Below are positions 56,698 through 64,000 of a stretch of 64,000 nucleotides of DNA, in pieces. Under the pieces are notes generated by a model. The model worked only from the letters and a program-made list of their open reading frames with translations, did not search any database and had not been told where the DNA came from. How positions within the stretch are numbered: the stretch's first letter is position 1; each line of letters opens with the position of its first letter. The translations under genes and the position numbers were made by a program. Source of the DNA: Ignavibacteriota bacterium (GTDB lineage: Bacteria > Bacteroidota > Ignavibacteria > UBA10030 > UBA6906); the NCBI GenBank assembly GCA_963801355.1, contig CAWDEM010000008.1, positions 608,001-672,000 of the forward strand, written 5' to 3'.

Positions 56698-59160
56698 ATG
56701 CGACATCAGCTCTTCACGGTTGTGGTGACGGCGGCGGCATGGCTCTTCTGGGGTTGTGGCGGCGGCCCGCAGTCACTCCTTCCCGGCAGACTCGATGACG
56801 GCACAATACTGCTCCCAAACGGCTGGCGCCTCTCTCCGGCGGGCACCCATGTCGATATCGGAGAATTACCGCTCAACACCGACCTCTCGCCCGACGGACG
56901 TACTGCCATCATCACCAACGACGGCACCTCCCGGCACTCGATATCTGTGGTCGATCTGGACCGTTGGGAAGTCACCGACACGATGACCATTCCCAAGGCC
57001 TGGCTGGGCATCAAGTTTGTCGATGACGGAAAGAAGTTTATCGTTTCGGGAGGAAACGACAACTGCGTGCGCATGTACCGGCTTCAGAGTGGGAAAGCGG
57101 TGAAGGACGACACGATATCCGTGGGGCTTCCGTGGCCAAAGGAGAAGATCTGGCTGGGCGGACTCGATGTAGATCCAGCCTCCTCCTTCGCATACGTCGC
57201 CGGAAAAGAAAACTGCCGTCTCTACGAGCTGGATCTCAACCTCAAAACCGTGCGGCGGAGCGTTCTCCTGCCCTCGATACCTTACGGTGTTCTCTTCGAC
57301 CGGCATGCGCGCGGCATCTGGGTCTCCCTCTGGGGAGGGAGCAGTGTTGTCCGCGTCGATGCGGCAACTCTCACAATTGCCGATTCCTTCAGAGTCGGCG
57401 ACCATCCATCGGCAATGGAACTCTCCTTGGACGGCTCACGGCTCTGGGTCACCAATTCGAATCACAACACGGTGTCGGTGATCGACATTGCCGGACGGAA
57501 AGTGGTGGAAACGCTCACGACTGCTCTTTCGCCCCAGGCGCCTCCGGGCAGCACTCCGAATGCCCTGGCGGTGGACAACGCCCGTCAGCGGCTCTACGTT
57601 GCGAATGCCGACAACAACTGTCTTGCCGTCTTCGATATATCAGTGCCCGGCCGTTCCCGCTCGATCGGCTTCATCCCTGTCGGGTGGTATCCGACATCGG
57701 TCAGTGTGCGGCCAGGCACAGGAGAACTACTCGTCACCAACGGCAAGGGGTTCACTTCCAGGGCGAATCCGCGCGGACCCAATCCCACCGTCCGGACGAA
57801 GGAGGAACAGTACATCGGGTCCATGTTCAGGGGTTCCCTTTCGCGCATTCCTCCGCCCGATGACACCGCACTCGCTGCGTATAGCGCCAGGGTTTATCAG
57901 AACAGCCGCTACACTGACAAGCGCAGCCAGCAGCCGGGAAACGATCCGACGAATCCGATCCCGGCGGCGACGGGGCCGGCAGTGCCGGGGGGCTCCTCCC
58001 CCATCAAGTATGTGTTTTACGTTATCAAAGAGAACCGGACGTACGATCAGGTCTTCGGAGATTTGCCGCAGGGGAATGGCGATCCAAAGCTCTGCCTGTT
58101 CCCTGAACAGGTCACACCGAATCTGCACGCCCTGGTGAAGGAGTACGTTCTGCTCGATAATTTCTATGCCGATGCCGAAGTGAGTGCGGACGGGCATAAC
58201 TGGTCGATGGGTGCTTATGCCACCGACTACACGGAGAAGACCTGGCCGACCCAGTACGGGGGGCGGGGGGGCGAGTACGTCTATGAGGGCGGTGCGCCGA
58301 TCGTCTTTCCGTCATCCGGCTACCTGTGGGACAATTGCCAGCGGAACGGAAAATCCTACCGGACGTACGGTGAATTTATGTTCAATCCGGTGACACCGGG
58401 CGACTCTGGACAGCCCGCGATGCCGTCGCTTGCCGGACACGTTGCGCCCTTCTACCGGGGGTGGGATCTCGCGTATTCCGACGTAGACCGCGTGAAGTCA
58501 TGGATGAAAGAGTTTGAAGAGTACGAGCGGACCGGGGACCTGCCGCAGTTCCAGATCGTTAAACTCCCCAATGACCACACTGAAGGGACGCGCTCCGGCT
58601 CCCTGACGCCTCGGGCTTTCGTAGCGCAGAATGATCTGGCCGTGGGCATGCTCATCGAGAGGATCAGCCACAGCAGGTTCTGGAAAGAGTCGGCGATCTT
58701 CATTGTCGAAGACGACGCGCAGAACGGCCCCGACCATGTGGATGCGCACCGCACGGAGGCGCTGGTGATCAGCCCCTACGCGCGTCGCGGAGCGGTTGAC
58801 AGCGAGCTCTACTCCACTTCCTCCATGGTGCGCACCATGGAGTTGATCCTCGGTATGCCGCCCCTCACACAGTATGACGCGGCTGCGACGCCCATGTATG
58901 CTTCGTTCATGGCCACGCCCGATTTGACTCCGTATACATGTCGTCCGGCGCGCCATGATCTCTTCGAACGAAATCCGGACAAAGCGGTCGGACAACTCCG
59001 CAGCAACGAACTGGACTTCAGCATTCAGGATGCGATTCCGGATGTGGAGTTGAACGAGATCATCTGGAAGTCATTGCACGGCGAGCACTCGGAAATGCCG
59101 GCGCCGGTGCGAAGTGCGTTCGTGCAGGTGCACGGAGGCGAAGAGGAGGAAGAAGACTGA
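56698..59160 (+). CDS. YncE beta-propeller plus phosphoesterase (alkaline phosphatase superfamily) lipoprotein
   Basis: Lipobox FWGC, YVTN-like repeats, IKENRTYDQ and EDDAQNGPDHVD. Confidence 0.88.
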   Translation: MRHQLFTVVVTAAAWLFWGCGGGPQSLLPGRLDDGTILLPNGWRLSPAGTHVDIGELPLNTDLSPDGRTAIITNDGTSRHSISVVDLDRWEVTDTMTIPKAWLGIKFVDDGKKFIVSGGNDNCVRMYRLQSGKAVKDDTISVGLPWPKEKIWLGGLDVDPASSFAYVAGKENCRLYELDLNLKTVRRSVLLPSIPYGVLFDRHARGIWVSLWGGSSVVRVDAATLTIADSFRVGDHPSAMELSLDGSRLWVTNSNHNTVSVIDIAGRKVVETLTTALSPQAPPGSTPNALAVDNARQRLYVANADNNCLAVFDISVPGRSRSIGFIPVGWYPTSVSVRPGTGELLVTNGKGFTSRANPRGPNPTVRTKEEQYIGSMFRGSLSRIPPPDDTALAAYSARVYQNSRYTDKRSQQPGNDPTNPIPAATGPAVPGGSSPIKYVFYVIKENRTYDQVFGDLPQGNGDPKLCLFPEQVTPNLHALVKEYVLLDNFYADAEVSADGHNWSMGAYATDYTEKTWPTQYGGRGGEYVYEGGAPIVFPSSGYLWDNCQRNGKSYRTYGEFMFNPVTPGDSGQPAMPSLAGHVAPFYRGWDLAYSDVDRVKSWMKEFEEYERTGDLPQFQIVKLPNDHTEGTRSGSLTPRAFVAQNDLAVGMLIERISHSRFWKESAIFIVEDDAQNGPDHVDAHRTEALVISPYARRGAVDSELYSTSSMVRTMELILGMPPLTQYDAAATPMYASFMATPDLTPYTCRPARHDLFERNPDKAVGQLRSNELDFSIQDAIPDVELNEIIWKSLHGEHSEMPAPVRSAFVQVHGGEEEEED

Positions 59161-59178
59161 GGGCGGGATGTCCCGCCC
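59161..59178. terminator. GC-rich hairpin between convergent genes
   Basis: gggcggga-tg-tcccgccc, without a T tract. Confidence 0.4.
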
Positions 59179-59191
59179 CCGGGGGAAACCA

Positions 59192-60028
59192 CTAGTGCGG
59201 CTGTTGTGCCGCGTCCATGGCCCGGTAGTCCAGCTCCGAGCCAAGCACGCTGTGCGGGATCAGGAACACAGCAAGAACAACGAGAGCCGCACCCAGAGCC
59301 CAGCGGCCGGGGTACTTTGACTTGCGCATTGCGAACGCCGCAATGATCCAGGCGAGGACTGCAACGAAAGTTTTGTTGTCCGTGAGGTCGTGACCAAACG
59401 GCCAGCCCGTCCAATACGCATCGAAGGCATATTTCTGCACGATGGGACCGAGGATCAACCCGCCGACGGCAAGTACGCCGATGGTCCAGCCGACAAGCCG
59501 GCTGTAGCGCGGGGCGGGAGCAAACGCCTCCAGTCCCGCACGGGTGGACAACAGCATGCCGCCAAACATGGCGAGCACGTGGGGGATGAGCACAAAGAGC
59601 GGCACGTCGCCCTTGAAGCGGATGACGACTCCTCCTTCTTCAGGGACGAGTGCGGTTGACGTTCCCGACGTCAGCCGCACGCGATAATCCAGCTTCCCTG
59701 AGGGCGGCTGGTGCGGGAGCGTAGCGCGCACATTTCCGTCGCTGAAGGTCATCGGTGCTGCGTTCCAGGCATCTTCCGTGTTGTGGCGCTTCCATTCCAG
59801 CACGCCGCTCACATCCGGGTTCCCGGTTCTGACGATCACCTCATGATCCCCCTCTCCGCCGTGTGATCGATCGAAGCGATAGGCAACGTGTTGCCCGCCG
59901 ACGGTGAGACTTCCCGTCAGAGGGTACGTAGGTCCAGTCATGCGCTGGTACATGGCGATGGATGCGGTGAGAAGGAAAGCAATGACCCAGAGGACGGCGC
60001 TGCGGTTCACCGATGCTCCTTTGCGCAA
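59192..60028 (-). CDS. Conserved hypothetical membrane protein
   Basis: TGPTYP, WTGWPFGHDLTDNKT and IPHS, with several TM helices. Confidence 0.8.
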   Translation of the reverse strand: MRKGASVNRSAVLWVIAFLLTASIAMYQRMTGPTYPLTGSLTVGGQHVAYRFDRSHGGEGDHEVIVRTGNPDVSGVLEWKRHNTEDAWNAAPMTFSDGNVRATLPHQPPSGKLDYRVRLTSGTSTALVPEEGGVVIRFKGDVPLFVLIPHVLAMFGGMLLSTRAGLEAFAPAPRYSRLVGWTIGVLAVGGLILGPIVQKYAFDAYWTGWPFGHDLTDNKTFVAVLAWIIAAFAMRKSKYPGRWALGAALVVLAVFLIPHSVLGSELDYRAMDAAQQPH

Positions 60029-60172
60029 AGTGTCTGGAGATTGAGGTAGAGTGCGTATCAGTTCCCTGCCAATATAGCAAAAAACCCGGTTTCTTGCTTT
60101 CTTGGAGTCATTATGTTAGTATTTACTTTTACCTGTTCACTCCCCAACGCGCGTCAGGAGGCGCACTCCTTC

Positions 60173-61390
60173 ATGGGTATCAGTCAACTGGCACGTTCAA
60201 TCGCCGAATCCCCCACGCTGGCAATGAACGAGCAGGCACGTCTGCTCCGGGAGCGGGGTGAAGCCGTGATCCATCTTGGCGCCGGTGAGCCGAAAAACAG
60301 AGCGCCGATCAACGCCATTCTCTCCTCCGCGGCCAAACTCAACACGGGTGACATCAAGTACACGCCGACCGAGGGCATTCCGTCGCTCCGGAAGGCCATC
60401 ATTCGCTATACCGAGGAAAACTACGATCGGATTGTGGCACCGGAAAACGTTCTTGTCTCCGCCGGGGCGAAGCAGATTCTCTTCCAATTGCTGTTCACGT
60501 TGTTGAATCCCCAGGAAGAGGTCATCGTGCTGGCTCCCTACTGGGTGAGCTATCCCGAAATGATCAAGATGGTCTATGCGGTGCCGGTGATCGTGACGCC
60601 GGAAGACGGATCGTTCCATCCACGGATGGAAGACATCCAAAAGGCAGTCAGTTCCTACACGAAGGCCATCATCGTCAACAGTCCCAACAATCCCTCCGGC
60701 GTCATGTACAGTGCGGAGTTCATCGCGAGCATTGTCGAGTTCTGCGAGCGCAAAGGGATTTATCTGATCATGGACGATATCTACCACAAGCTGGTGTTCG
60801 ACGGGAAGGTCCCCGTGTCGCCGTACAAATACACCAGCAAGGATATCGAGAACACACATGTCATCAGCATCAACGGGATCTCCAAACTGTACGGCATGAC
60901 GGGCTTCCGCATCGGCTGGGTCGTCGCGCCGCGGAAGATCGTGCAGGTCATGACCAACGTGCAGGCGCAAACATCGTCCTGCACCTCGGTGATCCTGCAG
61001 GCGGCTGCAGAGGGGGCACTGACCGGATTGCAGAGCGTTGTCGAGACGCTCCGGTTGACGCTCGAGAACAACCGCAACGTCATGATGCAGGAACTGCATG
61101 CATTTTCCGGCATATCGATCACCAAACCTGACGGCACGTATTACTGTCTGCCCGACTTCCGCGCGTACAGCAAGGATTCCGTGAAACTCTCCAACTTCCT
61201 GCTGCAGAAAGCCCTCGTCGTGACGGTGCCGGGCAAGGAATTCGGCATGGAGGGACATCTCCGGCTGAGCTATGCGACGACCGTGAAGGACATCAAGCAA
61301 GGCCTTGAACGCATCAAGTGGGCCCTGGATCCCAATGCACCCAATGACATCTACATCGGCGAACGAAAACTGATCAGGGACTGGCTATGA
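60173..61390 (+). CDS. PLP-dependent class I/II (aspartate) aminotransferase
   Basis: NSPNNPSG, DDIY and SKLYGMTGFRIG. Confidence 0.93.
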   Translation: MGISQLARSIAESPTLAMNEQARLLRERGEAVIHLGAGEPKNRAPINAILSSAAKLNTGDIKYTPTEGIPSLRKAIIRYTEENYDRIVAPENVLVSAGAKQILFQLLFTLLNPQEEVIVLAPYWVSYPEMIKMVYAVPVIVTPEDGSFHPRMEDIQKAVSSYTKAIIVNSPNNPSGVMYSAEFIASIVEFCERKGIYLIMDDIYHKLVFDGKVPVSPYKYTSKDIENTHVISINGISKLYGMTGFRIGWVVAPRKIVQVMTNVQAQTSSCTSVILQAAAEGALTGLQSVVETLRLTLENNRNVMMQELHAFSGISITKPDGTYYCLPDFRAYSKDSVKLSNFLLQKALVVTVPGKEFGMEGHLRLSYATTVKDIKQGLERIKWALDPNAPNDIYIGERKLIRDWL

Positions 61391-63027
61391 ACAATCTGCT
61401 CGACATCAAGACACCGGCACAAGGCGAAGCGCAGGCCCTGAAGAGCGATTACGGCTTGGACAATCTGGGTCTCACCAATTTGCGGATGGCGTACTGGAAC
61501 CTTCCCACCGAGGCGCTGTACGAAGAAATCGCTTTCCGGCGCGAAGCGCGGATTGCACGCAACGGGCCCATCGTTGTCCACACCGGTAAACACACCGGCC
61601 GCTCCGCCAATGACAAATTCGTCGTCAAGGAAGGAAGCACCGACGAGCACATCTGGTGGGGCGAGTACAACCGTCCGTTCAGCACCGAGAAATTCAACGA
61701 TCTCTACAACCGTGTGCAGGGGTATTTGCAGGGACGCGACGTGTTCGTACAGGATTGCTATGCCGGCGCCGACCCGAGCTACCAGCTTCCCATCCGTATC
61801 ATCACGGAAACCGCCTGGCACTCGCATTTTGCGAGGAACATGTTCCTCCTCCCGCGCACAAACGAAGAGCTCCGTCGGCACGTGCCGGAATTCACTGTCC
61901 TCGCGGTCCCCGGATTCAAGGGCATCCCGCAGATCGACAGCACGGCCACGAACACCTTCATCGTGCTCAATTTTGCCCAGAAGCTCTGCCTCATCGGCAA
62001 CACGGGCTACGGCGGAGAGATCAAGAAATCGATTTTCACGATTCTCAACTATCTCCTGCCGCTGCAGAATGTCATGCCCATGCATTGCTCCGCGAACATA
62101 GGTGCGCAGGGGGATACCGCGCTCTTTTTCGGACTCTCGGGCACGGGGAAAACCACGCTCTCCGCCGATCCGTTGCGCCGTTTGATCGGCGATGATGAGC
62201 ACGGCTGGAGCGATGAGGGCATTTTCAATTTCGAGGGTGGCTGCTACGCCAAGGTCATCCAGCTCTCCCCCTCCGCCGAACCGCAGATCTACGCCTGCAC
62301 CCGCAGGTTCGGGACCATTCTCGAGAACGTACCGTATGACCCGGTCACCCGGGTGGTCGACCTGGACGATGAGTCCATCACCGAGAACACGCGTGCCTCC
62401 TATCCGCTCGACTACATCGAAAACGCCGTGCCGGAGAAGATGGGCGGTCACCCGAAAAACATCATTCTCCTGACGTGCGATGCGTCCGGTGTCATGCCTC
62501 CCATTGCGCGGCTCTCGGCGGACCAGGCGCTCTACCAATTCATCTCGGGTTACACGTCGAAAATTGCCGGCACCGAGGCCGGTCTGGGCCAGGAGCCCGA
62601 GATGACATTCAGCACCTGTTTTGGTGCACCGTTCATGGTGCACAGGCCATCGTTCTACGCGGACCTCCTGAAACGGAAAATCGTGAAGTACGGAGCCAAC
62701 TGCTGGCTGGTGAATACGGGATGGATCGGCGGGCCGTACGGCGTGGGCAAGCGCATCAGCATACGCTACACGCGCGCGTTGTTGAACGCTGCGCTTGACG
62801 GAAAGCTCTTACGCGTGGCTTACAAGAAAGACCCGGTATTCGGCTTTGAAGTGCCGCAGGAGTGCGAGGGGGTGCCGGAGCAGGTGCTTGAACCGTCAGG
62901 TTCCTGGAGCGACAAGGCCTACTACAAACAGAAATATCGCGAGCTCGCGACGCGGTTCGTGGAGAACTTCAAGAAATACGAAGAGGGCTGCACGCCGGAC
63001 GTGAAGCAGGCGGGCCCAAGAATTTGA
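61387..63027 (+). CDS. pckA: Phosphoenolpyruvate carboxykinase (ATP)
   Basis: GLSGTGKTTLS, IGDDEHGW and NFEGGCYAK. Confidence 0.97.
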   Translation: MNNLLDIKTPAQGEAQALKSDYGLDNLGLTNLRMAYWNLPTEALYEEIAFRREARIARNGPIVVHTGKHTGRSANDKFVVKEGSTDEHIWWGEYNRPFSTEKFNDLYNRVQGYLQGRDVFVQDCYAGADPSYQLPIRIITETAWHSHFARNMFLLPRTNEELRRHVPEFTVLAVPGFKGIPQIDSTATNTFIVLNFAQKLCLIGNTGYGGEIKKSIFTILNYLLPLQNVMPMHCSANIGAQGDTALFFGLSGTGKTTLSADPLRRLIGDDEHGWSDEGIFNFEGGCYAKVIQLSPSAEPQIYACTRRFGTILENVPYDPVTRVVDLDDESITENTRASYPLDYIENAVPEKMGGHPKNIILLTCDASGVMPPIARLSADQALYQFISGYTSKIAGTEAGLGQEPEMTFSTCFGAPFMVHRPSFYADLLKRKIVKYGANCWLVNTGWIGGPYGVGKRISIRYTRALLNAALDGKLLRVAYKKDPVFGFEVPQECEGVPEQVLEPSGSWSDKAYYKQKYRELATRFVENFKKYEEGCTPDVKQAGPRI

Positions 63028-63032
63028 CGTAG

Positions 63033-64000
63033 TTATTTTCTCCCGCCGAAAATCGATCCGAGCACGCCCCGGATAATCTGACGTCCGATCTGCGTGCCGG
63101 CGGCGCGCATTGCGCTCTGAGCCATCGCGGAAATCATCTTCCCTGTTTCGCTCTTCTTCTCTTTGGGTTCGCGTGTTTGCCCGGCCGGCGTCCGGGTGGT
63201 GTCTTCCGCGCGGGCGCGGAGATTCTCATACGCCGACTCCCTGTCCACGGTCGCCTCATAGTGCCCTGCAAGTGCTGACGCCTGCATGATGGTCTGCCGC
63301 TGCTCGGGCGTAATCGGCCCGATCTGACCATGGGGCGGGAGCACGAATGCGCGTTCCACGATGGCGGGAGTCCCCTTCACCTCGAGAAATGATACCAGCG
63401 CCTCGCCGACGGCGAGTTCTGTGATCGCTTTTTCCACTTTGAAGGCCGGGTTCAACCGGAATGTCTTCGCTGCCGCCAGGACCGCCTCCTGGTCGCGTGG
63501 GGTGAATGCGCGCAAAGCATGTTGCACACGATTGCCAAGCTGGCCAAGAACGATATTCGGGACATCGAGGGGATTTTGCGTGATGAAGTAGACCCCTACT
63601 CCTTTCGAGCGTACCAGTCGGACGACCTGTTCGATCTTTTCGAGCAGCGGCTTGGGTGCGTCTGCGAAGAGGAGGTGGGCCTCGTCAAAAAAGAACACGA
63701 GCTTGGGTTTTTCCGGATCCCCCACCTCGGGGAGGCGCTCGAACAATTCGGCGAGCATCCAGAGCAGGAACGTCGCGTAGATTTTCGGTTTCAGAAGGAG
63801 TCTGTCGGCGGCAAGGATGTTCACCATCCCGCGACCTTCGCTGTCAGTCTGCATCATATCATCCAGGTCAAGCGCGGGTTCGCCGAAGAACTGCGTTCCC
63901 CCCTGCTCTTCCAGCGTCAGGAGGCCCCGTTGTATCGCCCCCACGCTCGCCGCGGAAATGTTCCCGTACTGAGTTTTGTACTGCGCAGCATTGTCTCCCA
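63033..64000 (-). CDS. HerA-like ATPase (DUF853/YjgR family); 5' end lies outside the window
   Basis: FFFDEAHLLF, RSKGVGVYFITQNP and QLGNRVQHALRAF. Confidence 0.9.
   Translation of the reverse strand, partial: GDNAAQYKTQYGNISAASVGAIQRGLLTLEEQGGTQFFGEPALDLDDMMQTDSEGRGMVNILAADRLLLKPKIYATFLLWMLAELFERLPEVGDPEKPKLVFFFDEAHLLFADAPKPLLEKIEQVVRLVRSKGVGVYFITQNPLDVPNIVLGQLGNRVQHALRAFTPRDQEAVLAAAKTFRLNPAFKVEKAITELAVGEALVSFLEVKGTPAIVERAFVLPPHGQIGPITPEQRQTIMQASALAGHYEATVDRESAYENLRARAEDTTRTPAGQTREPKEKKSETGKMISAMAQSAMRAAGTQIGRQIIRGVLGSIFGGRK

Overview
Bacterial DNA, probably Ignavibacteriota/Bacteroidota (inferred from NYPNPFNP-type T9SS C-terminal domains, hybrid two-component systems and a Bacteroidota-type CcmD). 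Bases 28.6-64 kb are core genome: secG, ribE/ribD, a PhoB/PhoR-like pair, dxs, xseAB, bshB1, ccmABCDEF, bamD, lolCDE-like genes, frameshifted prfB, aspS and pckA. Bases 1-28.5 kb are a tandem stack of small islands accreted at the 3' end of a tRNA-Lys(CTT) gene (28510-28582, minus strand). Displaced tRNA 3' halves lie at 6067, 11579 and 20206, and two degenerate cores at 20000 and 28244. Family A islands have an integron-like layout: one phage-type tyrosine integrase, a divergent near-consensus promoter, a GACTC-N7-GAGTC palindrome where cargo changes, and an ~80-bp end repeat present 4 times. Family B islands lack an integrase and each carry a hybrid two-component sensor, one T9SS-secreted enzyme behind a matching 21-bp-spaced operator, and an MNT-HEPN toxin-antitoxin pair. 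Two displaced tRNA halves carry the same 91-bp nested hairpin at the T-loop, which could lock the islands in place. The core region also has an unannotated ~85-nt promoter-to-terminator RNA at 48.2 kb. All calls were made by eye, without database searches.
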